Below are positions 49,572 to 61,758 of a stretch of 64,000 nucleotides of DNA, piece after piece. A program made the translations under genes and the position numbers. Source of the DNA: Oceanospirillales bacterium. GTDB taxonomy: Bacteria > Pseudomonadota > Gammaproteobacteria > Pseudomonadales > Balneatricaceae. The stretch covers positions 177,828 through 241,827 of the forward strand of contig CP093399.1 in assembly GCA_029027825.1 (NCBI GenBank), given 5' to 3'. Numbering within the stretch: position 1 is the first letter of the stretch; each line of letters begins with the position of its first letter. Under the pieces are notes generated by a model. It ran no database searches. It saw only the letters and a list, made by a program, of their open reading frames with translations, and had not been told where the DNA came from.

Positions 49572-51584
49572 ATGAATAAGTTAAACCCAAGACAACGTGA
49601 AGCGGTAGATTACATCAGTGGGCCGATGCTAGTACTGGCGGGAGCTGGCTCTGGTAAAACCAGTGTAATCACTCGAAAAATCGCCTATTTAGTGAATAGT
49701 TGCGGTATTGAAGCTCGGCACATAGCGGCGCTAACTTTTACTAATAAGTCTGCCAGAGAAATGAAAGAGCGGGTGGTCACTTTGTTGGCGAATGGCAAAG
49801 GGCGGGGCTTAACCGTCTCTACTTTTCATAATTTGGGCATGAATATTATTCGTAAAGAGCACAAAACGCTCAAGCTAAAATCCAGCTTTTCAATTTTTGA
49901 TGATACTGATACTCGATCGCTATTAAAAGACTTGCTGCTAAGCAGCGATGAAGACTCCGATCAAGTAGATTTGGTCAGAAATAAAATTTCCTACTGGAAA
50001 AACGAAATGATCGAAACCGATCAAGCACTGCGAGAGGCGCAGGGCCCGGAGGATGTTTTATCGGCAAGAGTTTATGAGCGCTATCAAACCACCTTACAAG
50101 CTTATAACGCGGTCGACTTTGATGACCTTATTTGGACACCGGTAAAGTTATTTAGCAATCATCCGGAAATTTTACAAAAATGGCAGAATAAAATTCGCTA
50201 CTTGTTAGTGGATGAGTACCAAGATACCAATATGAGCCAGTATAAATTGGTCAAGCAAATTGTCGGTACTCGTGGCGCATTGACGGTGGTTGGAGATGAT
50301 GATCAATCAATCTATTCTTGGCGTGGTGCTCGGCCTGAGAATTTAGCGCTGTTAAAGCAAGATTACCCCAGTTTGAAACTGGTCAAACTCGAACAAAATT
50401 ATCGATCAACCAGGCTTATCTTGAATGCCGCCAACGTGGTCATTGCCAACAACCCCCACGAGTTGAGTAAAACCTTGTGGTCCGATATGGCGCCGGGAGA
50501 TCCGATTAGAGTGCTCCATACCCGCAATGAAGATGCGGAGTGTGAAAGAGTGGCCACCGAAATACTGGATCGACACTTGCGACACAGAATTGATTTTAAA
50601 GATTTTGCAGTGTTGTATCGCGGCAATCACCAAGCGCGTTTACTCGAGCTAAAGCTGCAGGCGTTTCAGATACCTTATAAACTGTCAGGTGGTACCTCTT
50701 TTTTCGCCAGAGCTGAAATTAAAGATCTGATGTGTTACTTGAAAGTTTTAATTAATACTGCTGATGACAATGCATTTTTACGGGTGATCAATTTGCCGCG
50801 CCGTGAGATTGGTCCCAGTACCTTACAAAAACTCGGAGAGTATGCGTCCGAGCGTGAAATAAGTATGTTTGATGCCTGTAACGAGCTGGGGCTCGAGCAG
50901 GTAATGAAACCTGCTCAGGTTGAAAGGCTGCGCAAGTTTACCCACTGGCTGTCCGCTAAATATCAGCAGTGTATCCAAGGAGATCCAATCCAAGCTATCA
51001 GAGAGTTAATTTTTGATATTGACTACGAAGGGTGGATTCATCAAAACAGCGCCAGTGCCGGCACCGCTGAAAAACGCATGCAAAATGTCTATTTTTTGGT
51101 AGATTCAATCCGTAACACGATGGAGCGGCTACAGGAGGACGATCCCGAGGCAGGTGTGGAAGAGGCTATTAACCGTCTGATATTAATTGATTTGATGGAT
51201 CGGCAAGAGGAGGAGGAAGACGAGAACAAAGTGCAGTTGATGACCTTGCATGCCTCTAAAGGTCTTGAGTTTCCGCATGTGTTTCTAATCGGTATGGAGG
51301 AGGAAATTTTACCGCATCGAAACAGCATTGAAAATGGTGACATTGAAGAGGAGCGCCGACTGATGTATGTGGGGATTACGCGAGCCAAAGTCACTCTGAC
51401 TATCACCTTAGCTCGACAGCGCAAGCAGTTTGGCGAAGTGTTAGATTGTCAGCCGAGTCGTTTTTTAGACGAGCTGCCACAAGATGATTTACAAATTGAA
51501 GGCAACGGCGAAAAAGACCCCAAGGTGAATAAAGCGAGAGGCAAGGCAACACTCAACAGCTTGCGCAGTTTATTTGATGACTAG
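49572..51584 (+). CDS. rep: ATP-dependent DNA helicase Rep
   Basis: LAGAGSGKTSVITRKIAYL, LVDEYQDTN, VGDDDQSIYSWRGA, LEQNYRS, TLHASKGLEF, EERRLMYVGITRA. Confidence 0.96.
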   Translation: MNKLNPRQREAVDYISGPMLVLAGAGSGKTSVITRKIAYLVNSCGIEARHIAALTFTNKSAREMKERVVTLLANGKGRGLTVSTFHNLGMNIIRKEHKTLKLKSSFSIFDDTDTRSLLKDLLLSSDEDSDQVDLVRNKISYWKNEMIETDQALREAQGPEDVLSARVYERYQTTLQAYNAVDFDDLIWTPVKLFSNHPEILQKWQNKIRYLLVDEYQDTNMSQYKLVKQIVGTRGALTVVGDDDQSIYSWRGARPENLALLKQDYPSLKLVKLEQNYRSTRLILNAANVVIANNPHELSKTLWSDMAPGDPIRVLHTRNEDAECERVATEILDRHLRHRIDFKDFAVLYRGNHQARLLELKLQAFQIPYKLSGGTSFFARAEIKDLMCYLKVLINTADDNAFLRVINLPRREIGPSTLQKLGEYASEREISMFDACNELGLEQVMKPAQVERLRKFTHWLSAKYQQCIQGDPIQAIRELIFDIDYEGWIHQNSASAGTAEKRMQNVYFLVDSIRNTMERLQEDDPEAGVEEAINRLILIDLMDRQEEEEDENKVQLMTLHASKGLEFPHVFLIGMEEEILPHRNSIENGDIEEERRLMYVGITRAKVTLTITLARQRKQFGEVLDCQPSRFLDELPQDDLQIEGNGEKDPKVNKARGKATLNSLRSLFDD

Positions 51585-51638
51585 TAAGGGGTTTCAGTGA
51601 GAGGCTACTAGTTTGAATTAATAGGTGGGATCAGTGAT

Positions 51639-52187
51639 TCACTGGTGCGTCTCTATATAGTGCCTCGCCATGTATAAACCAGCGATGGCACGGCCCTCGG
51701 TAAACTCGGGGTTTAAAGCTAATGCATCAATATCACGCAGTGGCCATTTAACCACCTCAAGGGGCTCAGGCTCATCTCCTGTTAGGCGACAAGGATATAA
51801 ATCCCTAGCGATAACCGCCTGCAGTTTATGCCCCATGTAATTTGGGGCTGTGGTTAGTTCTTTGAGAAAATCAATTCGTCTAGCACCAAAGCCAATTTCT
51901 TCTTTAAGTTCGCGATCAGCGGCTTGATAGATTGTTTCACCTTCGTCTACCGCTCCTTTGGGGAGAGATAGCGTGTAATCATCAATTCCGCCAGCATATT
52001 CGCGAACCAGTAATAAATTGTCATCACTGTCGAGGACTATCATCATGACAGCGCCATGCCCTCTACTAGCTAAACGCTCATAAGTGCGTTCAACACCGTT
52101 GCTGAAACGTAATTTTAGCTCTTCAACTAAAAACAATTTGCTCTTTGCAACTTGATTAATCTGCAAAATTTCAGGTTTAATGGGCAT
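51639..52187 (-). CDS. nudE: ADP compounds hydrolase NudE
   Basis: LRFSNGVERTYERL, Nudix box G.VD.GET..QAA.RELKEEIG. Confidence 0.92.
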   Translation of the reverse strand: MPIKPEILQINQVAKSKLFLVEELKLRFSNGVERTYERLASRGHGAVMMIVLDSDDNLLLVREYAGGIDDYTLSLPKGAVDEGETIYQAADRELKEEIGFGARRIDFLKELTTAPNYMGHKLQAVIARDLYPCRLTGDEPEPLEVVKWPLRDIDALALNPEFTEGRAIAGLYMARHYIETHQ

Positions 52188-52339
52188 ACTGCATCAGATC
52201 CTAAATATTTACCTAAATTTGTGGTATTTAAAGCGGTAATTGAGTATAAAAAATTCTTATTCACAGCGATATTCAAAATATATTAGTTTAACACATCGTT
52301 TAAGCTGGTAAGTTTTGTAGCTGGGTCAGAAACAAAATA

Positions 52340-53089
52340 TTGTACTCATACAACCAATTATTTCGTCACTCACAGTGGAAGTTTATTTTGTTAGCTATAG
52401 ATTCGCTCGATTGGTCACAAATCGACACGGTGCTATTAGATATGGATGGTACTTTATTAGATCTACATTTTGACAGCTTTTTTTGGTTGGAGCATCTGCC
52501 GGTGCGATACGCACAAATTCATCGGCAAGATTTAGCCCAAAGTCGGGCATATTTATTTCTCGAACTAGCAAAAAATCGAGGTACAATTGATTGGTATTGT
52601 ACTGATTTTTGGAGCGAAAAATTCAATCTAGACATCGCCAGTTTACGAGCTGAAGTAGCACACAATATCGCTTATCGACCTTATGTCGAAGCGTTCTTGA
52701 AATTGCTGAAACGCTCTGGGAAACGGGTGGTGTTAGTAACCAATGATCATCGCTCGGGCTTAGCGCTGAAACTTGCAGCGACTGGACTGGAGAAATATCT
52801 GGATAATATCGTCGTGTCACACGATTACAGTGTAGCAAAAGAACAGCAAGCATTTTGGCAACAGATGCAAGCTGATGAGGCATTTGATCCACAAAAGTCA
52901 CTGTTTGTTGATGATACGGTCGCGGTGTTGGACTCGGCGAAAAAATACGGTATCGCCCATTTAAGATATATAGTGCAGCCTAATTCGCAATTAACTCGCG
53001 AGCACTGTGATAAACATTTGGGTATTGATTGCTTCTCGCAATTTAATCGGGCACTAATGCCATTGACTAGCCAAAAGGTGCCGTTATGA
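52340..53089 (+). CDS. yrfG: GMP/IMP nucleotidase YrfG (true start possibly TTG 52388)
   Basis: IDTVLLDMDGTLLDLHFD, WYCTDFWS, LFVDD. Confidence 0.9.
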   Translation: MYSYNQLFRHSQWKFILLAIDSLDWSQIDTVLLDMDGTLLDLHFDSFFWLEHLPVRYAQIHRQDLAQSRAYLFLELAKNRGTIDWYCTDFWSEKFNLDIASLRAEVAHNIAYRPYVEAFLKLLKRSGKRVVLVTNDHRSGLALKLAATGLEKYLDNIVVSHDYSVAKEQQAFWQQMQADEAFDPQKSLFVDDTVAVLDSAKKYGIAHLRYIVQPNSQLTREHCDKHLGIDCFSQFNRALMPLTSQKVPL

Positions 53090-53478
53090 AGGGTAACATT
53101 CGATTAGATAAGTGGCTTTGGGCGGCGCGTTTTTTCAAGACTAGAGCGCTGGCTAAAAAAGCCATTGAAGGCGGTAAAATACACTATCAAGGCCAGCGCA
53201 GTAAATGTAGTAAAGTGGTTGAAATCGGTGCCTTTGTTAAAATTACGCAAGGTTGGGAAGAACGAATTGTCGAGATAAAAGCACTGGCAGAGCAGCGCAG
53301 GGGAGCACCTGAAGCAGCGCTGTTGTACGTCGAAACCGCTCTCAGCATTGACAAGAGAGTGGAGCAAGCAGAGCAGCGTAAAATATTGCGAGTATCTGAT
53401 ATGACCCCAGTCAAGAAACCCGATAAACGCAACCGCCGGCTGATTCAAAAAACTAAACAATTGTTGCTCGCTGAATAA
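53086..53478 (+). CDS. hslR: Ribosome-associated heat shock protein Hsp15
   Basis: RLDKWLWAARFFKTRALA, KPDKRNRR. Confidence 0.94.
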   Translation: MKGNIRLDKWLWAARFFKTRALAKKAIEGGKIHYQGQRSKCSKVVEIGAFVKITQGWEERIVEIKALAEQRRGAPEAALLYVETALSIDKRVEQAEQRKILRVSDMTPVKKPDKRNRRLIQKTKQLLLAE

Positions 53479-53905
53479 AAGTATTAACGCTTCTATAGGA
53501 AGGCTATGAATAAGTCCTGTATGTACCCTGTGGGGCGCAAGTTATTTAGAGGCTCGTTAGCTCATCAGTATTGCAAAACATGCAGCTTAATGTCCTGTAT
53601 AAGCGACGTATAAATTGCATGTTAGGATTTAAATGTTTAAAAATTTTCAAACCATTAATTACCGCACAAATTATATTTAAATCGCGCATTACTAAACTAA
53701 TTTTTATGTTAAAATTTGCCGAGTAGCTGGTTGTGAATATGACTAGGATACACCCAGCCTAGTATACATAGCAGTAAAGGCGCGCCAAGCAGCTAATAAT
53801 AGCTATTTGTAAATGTCGAAAAATTATTTTTATTCGGCTGGCGCAGTACTATTTCGACTTATTGAAAGTTGAGAAATTGAGAAATTGAACCAGTGAAATT
53901 GAATA

Positions 53906-54772
53906 ATGAGTAATAAAGACCAAATCCAACGTATATTGTTTGATAATATTGATGTTCGTGGGGTCATTACCAGTTTAGACCAAAGCTTTCAAGATATTAT
54001 GGCGCGCCACAACTACCCAGTTATTATTGAGCAAGTGCTAGGCGAAATGCTGGCCGCGGTAACCATTCTTAGTACCAATCTTAAATTTAATGGGAAATTG
54101 ATTTTACAGGCTAAGGGGGAGGGCTGTGTCTCTACTTTGATGGCTGAATGTAATCACCTTAAACACTGTCGTGCTATCGCGCAATCTGATGACAGTATTC
54201 CCGCCGGCTTAAGTTTTAAACAAATGTTAGCAAAAGGTCATTTAGTACTAACTATTGAGCCTGAAGTTGGGCAGCGGTATCAGGGGTACGTGCCTCTAGA
54301 AAATGATACTTTAGCTGAGTGTTTGGCAGACTATTTTGATCGCTCTGAACAGTTGCAGAGCAAATTTGTATTCGCCTGTGAAAATGGTAGAGCGCGTGGT
54401 TTGATGTTGCAAGTGTTACCGGCAATGAAGTCCGCAGAAGACGATTGGTCGCGGTTATCTATGTTGGCGCAGACTTTGACGGTTGATGAATTGCTTTCAC
54501 TGGACAATGAAACGCTGTTGTTTAGACTGTTTCACGATGAGCAGTGTCGCCTGTTTGAAGGGCTGAGCATTGAGTTTAAATGTCAGTGCTCTAGAGAGCG
54601 CAGCGAAAGTGCATTAAAATTATTAGCCAATGAAGAGCTATTGGATATTATTGCCGAGCGTAGTTTTATCGAGATCGACTGTCAATTTTGTAATAGTAAC
54701 TACAGCTTTGACGCTAGTGATGTAAACGAAATTATCCTTAAAAAAGAGTTGGATTCTGAGCAGTTACATTGA
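53906..54772 (+). CDS. hslO: Redox-regulated chaperone Hsp33
   Basis: FKCQCSRER and DCQFCN Zn ligands, YQGYVPL. Confidence 0.94.
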   Translation: MSNKDQIQRILFDNIDVRGVITSLDQSFQDIMARHNYPVIIEQVLGEMLAAVTILSTNLKFNGKLILQAKGEGCVSTLMAECNHLKHCRAIAQSDDSIPAGLSFKQMLAKGHLVLTIEPEVGQRYQGYVPLENDTLAECLADYFDRSEQLQSKFVFACENGRARGLMLQVLPAMKSAEDDWSRLSMLAQTLTVDELLSLDNETLLFRLFHDEQCRLFEGLSIEFKCQCSRERSESALKLLANEELLDIIAERSFIEIDCQFCNSNYSFDASDVNEIILKKELDSEQLH

Positions 54773-55191
54773 GAATAGTGCTAGACAAAGTAAGTCAGTG
54801 GACTAGTTGATCAGCGACTTTTAAATAGAGGCGCAGACAGCTTCGTCACAGCAATAGATAAGGTATACCACCACTGCTGCTGGGGTGTGATTTAATCATT
54901 AAATGAGATTGACGCTAAACAGAGAAATTCTAAAAGTACCAAGTAGCGATTTGTGGTTTATGATTTATTTTTGCTAACTCGGATGTTGCGTGCAATATTC
55001 GGGCTAAATTGCCAGTTCATAGACCCTGCTAAATGGCCACTGATTAGATAATAGCCATATTACTGATAGAAAATATTATTCTTATTTGTGATAATGCGCG
55101 CCATAAATTCACGCAAAGACGTGAAAAATAAAATTTAAATTAATTTTTCGCTTACAGGTGGAGTTTGGTTAACAGCCAAAGGATTTAGTAA

Positions 55192-56739
55192 ATGACCAAT
55201 AAAACAGATATGGTGCATAGCAATTTAAGTCGAGCAGAACTTATTCAACAAGCTATCGTAAGAGGCGAAGGTGAATTGGCCAATTCAGGGGCTTTAGTGG
55301 TTAATACCGGTGCAAGAACTGGAAGATCTCCCTTAGACCGCTTTATCGTGGACGAGCCTAGCACTTCAGATCTTATCGATTGGGGTGGGGTTAACCGACC
55401 TTTCGATGCTGATAAATTTGATGCCCTTTGGGAACGTGTAGAAAGCTACATCGCTAGCAGAGAGCATTTTGTTTCCAACGTACATGTCGGATCAGATAGC
55501 AATCACTATCTAGCGGTTAAAATGTCAACCGAGACCGCATGGCAAAACTTGTTTGGTCAAAATCTATTTATCCTTCCCGAAGAGTATAATCCAAAGTCTA
55601 AGGAAGAGTGGCAAATCATTAATGCAGCGGACTTTAAATGCGATCCTGAGCGTGACGGTACTAACAGCGACGGCTGTGTGATCTTAAATTTCGCCAAGCG
55701 CAAAGTTCTTTTAGCAGGTATGCGCTACGCAGGCGAGATGAAAAAAGCAATGTTTTCAGTACAAAACTTCCTATTACCGGAAAAAGATGTGCTGCCGATG
55801 CACTGTTCGGCAAATGTTGGCGAGGATGGTGATACTACGTTGTTCTTCGGTTTGTCTGGCACCGGTAAAACCACCTTATCTGCCGATCCTGAACGCTACT
55901 TGATTGGTGATGACGAGCACGGCTGGGGCAAGGGAGTCGTTTTTAATCTTGAAGGCGGTTGCTACGCTAAAACTATCAACCTGTCACAGAAAAACGAGCC
56001 TATTATTTGGGATGCGATTCGCTTCGGAGCGATCGTCGAGAACGTGGTGCTAGATGCTGCTAAGGTGGCTGATTATAATGATACTAGCCGCACTGAGAAT
56101 GGCCGTTGTGCCTACCCACTCGAACATGTCGAAAAACGAACTACTAATAATTTAGGTGGTGAGCCGAAAGCGATTATATTCCTGACTTGCGATTTGACCG
56201 GGGTATTGCCTCCGGTTTCAATACTCTCAAACGAAGCGGCCGCTTATCACTTTCTGTCGGGCTATACGGCGTTAGTTGGCTCTACGGAAATGGGTTCAGG
56301 TGGCGGTATTAAATCCACATTCTCAACTTGCTTTGGCGCGCCGTTCTTTCCAAGAGCAGCTAGTGTCTATGCAGAGTTGCTGATTAAACGTGTCGAAGAG
56401 TTTGGCTCGCAAGTATACTTGGTCAATACCGGCTGGACAGGTGGAGCATACGGCACTGGTACTCGTTTTGATATCCCCACTACGCGCGCTATTATTGCAG
56501 CGATTCAAAGTGGCGCATTAGTCGGCGCTGAAACAGTACACTTAGATGGTTTGAACTTAAATGTACCTGTCGCGGTAGCCGGTGTAGATAGCGCTTTGCT
56601 ACAGCCTAGAACTACTTGGGCAGATCCTGCAGCTTACGATACAGAAGCGGCAAAGTTGATTGAAAAGTTTACCACCAACTTTACTAAGTTTAATGCGGTA
56701 TCGGCGAGCATTGTCGCCGCTGGTCCTAAACTTAAGTAA
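55192..56739 (+). CDS. pckA: Phosphoenolpyruvate carboxykinase (ATP)
   Basis: [46 protein letters not shown]. Confidence 0.96.
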   Translation: MTNKTDMVHSNLSRAELIQQAIVRGEGELANSGALVVNTGARTGRSPLDRFIVDEPSTSDLIDWGGVNRPFDADKFDALWERVESYIASREHFVSNVHVGSDSNHYLAVKMSTETAWQNLFGQNLFILPEEYNPKSKEEWQIINAADFKCDPERDGTNSDGCVILNFAKRKVLLAGMRYAGEMKKAMFSVQNFLLPEKDVLPMHCSANVGEDGDTTLFFGLSGTGKTTLSADPERYLIGDDEHGWGKGVVFNLEGGCYAKTINLSQKNEPIIWDAIRFGAIVENVVLDAAKVADYNDTSRTENGRCAYPLEHVEKRTTNNLGGEPKAIIFLTCDLTGVLPPVSILSNEAAAYHFLSGYTALVGSTEMGSGGGIKSTFSTCFGAPFFPRAASVYAELLIKRVEEFGSQVYLVNTGWTGGAYGTGTRFDIPTTRAIIAAIQSGALVGAETVHLDGLNLNVPVAVAGVDSALLQPRTTWADPAAYDTEAAKLIEKFTTNFTKFNAVSASIVAAGPKLK

Positions 56740-56867
56740 AGATGCTAGTTGAGGTTTAATGGCTACGGCTTGTTAAACCTAAGCTAGCGGTTGAAAATTT
56801 GATAAAGCACTCCATTATAGTTGTAGGTTTTTTAGAACTGGGTTGAGCTTATGGGTGTTACCTTAAG

Positions 56868-56936
56868 CCTGAATAGGTGGCTTTAAAGTGAATCTAGAGC
56901 TTGTGCTATGTGTTGCATTGAGGTCACAGATTCAAG
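56868..56936 (+). mobile_element. Family A minimal 69-bp derivative (left end fused to right end)
   Basis: cctgaataggtggctttaaagtgaat (22/26 match to left end) joined at gaat to ctagagcttgtgctatgtg...gattcaag (right end). Confidence 0.7.
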
Positions 56937-56979
56937 TTAAAGTTGCAACTCAGTGTTTGCGGTTTTTAGGAGAGAGTTA

Positions 56980-57309
56980 ATGAGCGAAAATATTATAAAC
57001 GTGACCGATGCTTCATTTGAAGAGCAAGTGTTAAAAGCTGAGGGCACAGTTCTTGTTGATTACTGGGCTGAGTGGTGTGGTCCCTGTAAAATGATCGCCC
57101 CAGTGTTAGAAGAAATAGCTCAAGACTATGCGGCAAAAGGGTTGACTGTCTGCAAGTTGAATATCGACGAAAATAATGAAACGCCGCCAAAATTCGGTAT
57201 CCGCGGTATTCCAACGCTGATGATTTTTAAAGCGGGTAATTTGGAAGCAACCAAAGTAGGAGCGCTGTCTAAGTCACAGTTGGCCGCTTTTATCGACGCT
57301 AATATTTAA
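56980..57309 (+). CDS. trxA: Thioredoxin 1
   Basis: [21 protein letters not shown]; AGGAGAG RBS before ATG 56980. Confidence 0.96.
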   Translation: MSENIINVTDASFEEQVLKAEGTVLVDYWAEWCGPCKMIAPVLEEIAQDYAAKGLTVCKLNIDENNETPPKFGIRGIPTLMIFKAGNLEATKVGALSKSQLAAFIDANI

Positions 57310-57338
57310 CCATTATTTGAGTAATAAGCAGTTAAACG

Positions 57339-57371
57339 AAGGTAGATATCATTAATATTGAAATCTACCTT
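57339..57371 (+). terminator. Stem-loop between trxA and rho
   Basis: aaggtagat/atctacctt 9-bp stem followed by tattttt-like T-rich bases. Confidence 0.45.
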
Positions 57372-57544
57372 TATTTTACTGGACAGTTAACGATCAACCT
57401 TCTATATTTAACAGGAATTTGCTGCTAGCTGATCTGTTATAGCGCAAGTTATCCTGAAATTCCAAAAATTTCCACGTCATTTAGTTTTGCAAACTAACAA
57501 ATTATTCTCAAGCTTCGCCCAAAAGGGCCATCACTTCAAATTAT

Positions 57545-58804
57545 ATGAATCTTACCCAATTAAAAACTAAAAATGTTCACGATTTAATCGAGACAGCAAC
57601 TGAAATGGGCCTAGAAAACTTAGGCCGTGCCCGTAAACAAGATGTAATCTTTGCAATACTTAAAAAGCATGCTAAAAGCGGTGAAGATATTTATGGGGAT
57701 GGTGTCCTTGAAATACTGCAAGATGGCTATGGTTTTTTAAGATCTGCAGATGCTTCTTATCTTGCTGGTCCCGATGATATCTATGTTTCCCCTAGCCAAA
57801 TTAGACGTTTTAATTTACGCACGGGCGATACAGTTGCCGGTAAAATACGCCCTCCAAAAGACAGCGAACGTTATTTTGCGCTACTTAAAGTTAATGAAAT
57901 TAACTACGATCGTCCGGATAATGCCAAAAACAAGGTGCTCTTCGAAAATCTGACACCGCTGTATGCACAAGAGCGTTTAACGCTGGAAATGGGCAATGGT
58001 AGCACCGAAGATTTAACCGCTCGGGTGATTGATTTAATGGCACCGATAGGCAAGGGGCAACGTGCATTAATTGTATCCCCGCCTAAGGCTGGTAAAACTT
58101 TAATGCTGCAAAATATTGCTAACAGCATTACCAAAAACAACCCTGAGTGTCATCTTATAGTACTCTTGATCGATGAGCGCCCTGAGGAAGTAACTGAAAT
58201 GCAGCGTACAGTACGCGGCGAAGTTGTTGCCTCTACTTTCGATGAGCCGCCAGCGCGTCATGTACAAGTCGCTGAGATGGTTATTGAAAAAGCTAAGCGT
58301 CTCACCGAGCACAAAAAAGATGTGGTGATTTTATTAGACTCTATTACCCGTCTAGCAAGAGCTTACAATACGGTTATTCCATCCTCTGGTAAGGTGTTGA
58401 CCGGTGGTGTTGATGCACATGCTCTGGAGCGTCCAAAGCGTTTCTTTGGTGCAGCACGTAATATTGAAGAAGGTGGCAGTTTAACCATTATAGCGACCGC
58501 TTTAATCGATACCGGTTCGAAAATGGACGAGGTTATCTTCGAAGAGTTTAAAGGTACCGGTAACTCTGAAATTCACTTAGATCGCCGCGCGGCTGAAAAG
58601 CGTATTTACCCGGCGATTAATATTCGTCGCTCTGGTACTCGCCGTGAAGACTTGCTGACCTCAGATGAAGAGTTGCAGCGGATGTGGATCTTACGTAAGT
58701 TGCTTGATCCGATGGACGATACAGCGGCAATTGAGTTCGTTTTAGAAAAGCTAAAAGACTTTAAAACCAACGAAGAATTTTTCCAGTCAATGCGTAGAAA
58801 GTAA
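57545..58804 (+). CDS. rho: Transcription termination factor Rho
   Basis: [44 protein letters not shown]. Confidence 0.97.
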   Translation: MNLTQLKTKNVHDLIETATEMGLENLGRARKQDVIFAILKKHAKSGEDIYGDGVLEILQDGYGFLRSADASYLAGPDDIYVSPSQIRRFNLRTGDTVAGKIRPPKDSERYFALLKVNEINYDRPDNAKNKVLFENLTPLYAQERLTLEMGNGSTEDLTARVIDLMAPIGKGQRALIVSPPKAGKTLMLQNIANSITKNNPECHLIVLLIDERPEEVTEMQRTVRGEVVASTFDEPPARHVQVAEMVIEKAKRLTEHKKDVVILLDSITRLARAYNTVIPSSGKVLTGGVDAHALERPKRFFGAARNIEEGGSLTIIATALIDTGSKMDEVIFEEFKGTGNSEIHLDRRAAEKRIYPAINIRRSGTRREDLLTSDEELQRMWILRKLLDPMDDTAAIEFVLEKLKDFKTNEEFFQSMRRK

Positions 58805-58867
58805 TCAGTAAAATGTCTACAACACCGTGACAGGTGAATTGTCTTTGACGACAATTGCATAGATAAT

Positions 58868-58897
58868 AAGGGTGAACTTAAGTTCGCCCTTTTTTTT
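58868..58897 (+). terminator. Rho-independent terminator after rho
   Basis: aagggtgaac-ttaa-gttcgccctt plus T-run. Confidence 0.75.
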
Positions 58898-58935
58898 AAC
58901 TATTTTTAATAGCTAGCTGTTTTTTGAGAGCCCTG

Positions 58936-60429
58936 ATGACCCAGTTAAAGTATAAAGATCTTAGAGACTTTATTGCAATTTTATAAGCTCTTGGTGAGCT
59001 GGTAAGGATCAAACAAGAAATAGATCCCTATCTTGAAATGACAGAAATTAGTGATAGAACTCTAAAGGCCGGTGGTCCGGCGCTGTTGTTTGAAAACCCT
59101 AAGGGCTATAAATTTCCAGAGCTGACTAATTTATTTGGTACCGCTGAGCGAGTGGCGCTGGGGATGGGGCAGCAAAATGTAGCGGCATTGCGTGAGGTCG
59201 GCAAAGTGCTGGCTATGCTCAAAGAGCCAGAGCCCCCTAAAGGAATGCGCGACGCCTGGGAGAAAATGCCAATTTTCAAGCAAGTCTTGAATATGGCGCC
59301 TAAAGTCATCAAAAAAGCACCCTGTCAGCAATTTGTGTTAAAAGGTGATGAGGTTGATTTAAGAAAGCTGCCTATTCAAACTTGCTGGCCAGGAGACGCG
59401 GGGCCATTAGTTACTTGGCCGTTAGTGGTCACTCGAGGTCCGTACAAAGAACGGCAAAATTTAGGCATATATCGGCAGCAGTTGATCGGTAAGAATAAGC
59501 TTATCATGCGTTGGTTGTCGCACCGCGGTGGCGCGCTAGATTTTCAAGAGTGGCAGAAAGAGCATCCGGGAAAACCTTTTCCGGTAGCGGTGGCTTTAGG
59601 TGCTGACCCGGCAACTATATTAGGGGCCGTTACTCCGGTGCCTGACACGCTCTCTGAATACGCCTTTGCCGGTTTGCTGCGTGGCGGTAAAACAGAAGTG
59701 ACTGCCTGTCTGTTGAGTGATCTACAAGTCCCTGCCAGTGCTGAGTTTATCCTAGAAGGGTTTATATATCCGGGTGAGATGGCAGATGAGGGGCCCTTCG
59801 GCGATCATACCGGTTACTATAATGAAGTTGATCAGTTTCCGGTGTTTACCGTTGAGGTTATTACCCACCGAGAAAATCCAATTTACCACAGCACTTATAC
59901 AGGGCGCCCGCCAGATGAGCCCGCTATCTTAGGGGTCGCTCTCAATGAAGTGTTTGTGCCTATTTTACAAAAGCAGTTTCCAGAAATCGTTGATTTCTAT
60001 CTGCCACCAGAGGGGTGTTCGTACCGCTTGGCGATAGTCACTATTAAAAAACAGTACCCCGGGCATGCTAAGCGCATTATGTTGGGGGTCTGGTCTTTTT
60101 TGCGGCAATTTATGTATACCAAATTCGTGATTGTCTGTGATGATGATATTGACGCCAGAAACTGGGAAGATGTTATCTGGGCTATTACTACGCGCATGGA
60201 TCCGTCCAGAGACACGGTATTAATTGACAATACACCGATTGATTACCTAGATTTTGCCTCGCCAGTTTCTGGTTTAGGATCGAAAATGGGTATGGATGCT
60301 ACCAACAAGTGGCAAGGCGAGACCACACGAGAATGGGGGGAGCCGATAGTGATGGATCAAGCGGTGACTGCCAAGATTGATGAAATTTGGCAGCAGTTGG
60401 GAATCGATAAGTCAGACATTGAACGCTAG
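58936..60429 (+). CDS. ubiD: 4-hydroxy-3-polyprenylbenzoate decarboxylase with in-frame TAA at codon 17 (58984-58986); downstream open frame 59038-60429
   Basis: ATG 58936 reads [54 protein letters not shown], matching the conserved UbiD N-terminus; [11 protein letters not shown] motif intact. Confidence 0.9.
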
Positions 60430-60654
60430 GAACTTGTCTGATTTAGTGCTGTTTCCTGTAAAATAGCGAGTATTATGCCGCAAATCTGATTCTTTTCTCG
60501 AGCATAATTACCGATAGATAGGCCAAGCCGGCAGGCTCCTTGTTGGGCTATCTATTGGCAATTATAGTCGCGCTTTAGTTACAGCACAGTTTATGGATGA
60601 AAAACAGTTATTTAAGCTATACTTTGAGCGGTAATGGCATTAAGTTATCGAATA

Positions 60655-60830
60655 AAGGTACCAAGGCAAAAACCGAAGAATAGCGGAGTCAGTGTGCCCC
60701 TAACTTTGGGTATAGTATGCCCTCACTTTGGGTGTAGCGTACCCTTATCTATTGGTGCCACTGCTGTAAATACACATATTTAACCGGGTTTTACGCCGAT
60801 TTACCGCGTGTTCTAGTTATGTATAGGTTT
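60655..60830 (+). repeat. Family B degenerate copy with internal 22-23 bp tandem duplication
   Basis: aaggcaaaaaccg, tagcggagt, agtatgccctcactttgggt and right end agttatgtataggttt match 5712-5885. Confidence 0.7.
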
Positions 60831-60933
60831 CAACGACACTATTTAACATGCAGTAGCCGTTCAATTTTCTGCTACTACATCGAGTGATCTTAGTATATAG
60901 ATTGATGGGCTAAGATGCTCAGGGGAATATATA

Positions 60934-61677
60934 ATGAAAAAAGTAAATTGCAGTATTGAGAGTGTGCAAAAATTAAATCACGATGTCTATCAGGTGAAGT
61001 TACTGTTACCTGAAATGACAGACCACAACATCGAGTATCGCGCTGGGCAATATGTAGATCTGTTCTTGGCGAGTGGTAAAAGTGCTTCGTTTTCAATCGG
61101 CTCTGCGCCTGAAGCCGGTCGTCATTTAGAGCTGCATATCAGGCACAATTCGCAAAGTGAATTTTCAAATGCGCTGCTTGCACATCTACAAAATGAAACG
61201 GCTATTGAGGTCGAGATAGCTAAAGGGACCGCCTGTATTACTGCCAATAGTTTGGTGGCGAAAGATCGAGTGATTTTGGCGGCGGCTAGCACCGGTTTTT
61301 CTCAAGTGAAAAGCGTTGTTGAGCACTTGTTGGCACAAGGTGTCAGCAATCAAATTCATATTTATTGGGGAGTTCGGGTCGCCAGTGATCTCTATTGGTC
61401 CCTGCTACCTGAAAGCTGGGCGGCTGAGCACAGTAACATTACTTATCACCCGGTGATTAGTGATCCTACTGAAGCTTGTGAATGGACTGGTAGAGTGGAT
61501 TTGTTGCCGGCGGCAGTGCTGCAAGACTTTAGTGACTTTAGCGATGTTAAAATGCTGGCGAGCGGTTCACCGGATATGGTGTACGCGCTATTGGATGCCT
61601 GTGAAAGTAAAGGGATGCTAGAGTCACAGCTAGTGTCGGATGTGCTGGCATACGCGCCTAGAAATAAAAAAATCTAG
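60934..61677 (+). CDS. fre: NAD(P)H-flavin reductase (Fre-like FAD/NAD-binding oxidoreductase)
   Basis: YRAGQY, FSIGSAP, LELHI, AASTGFS, YWGVR, SGSPDMV; follows ubiD. Confidence 0.8.
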   Translation: MKKVNCSIESVQKLNHDVYQVKLLLPEMTDHNIEYRAGQYVDLFLASGKSASFSIGSAPEAGRHLELHIRHNSQSEFSNALLAHLQNETAIEVEIAKGTACITANSLVAKDRVILAAASTGFSQVKSVVEHLLAQGVSNQIHIYWGVRVASDLYWSLLPESWAAEHSNITYHPVISDPTEACEWTGRVDLLPAAVLQDFSDFSDVKMLASGSPDMVYALLDACESKGMLESQLVSDVLAYAPRNKKI

Positions 61678-61758
61678 TGCTTTATTCAGCTAAGCTGCAA
61701 CGAGCCGCTTAGCTGGCAGAGGGCTAAAATCAGCCTCATTCCCTATTTTAAATCGATT

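Noticed and set aside
54886-54901. CRP-like TGTGA half-site upstream of pckA
   Set aside because: Second half-site does not match at the 6-bp spacing
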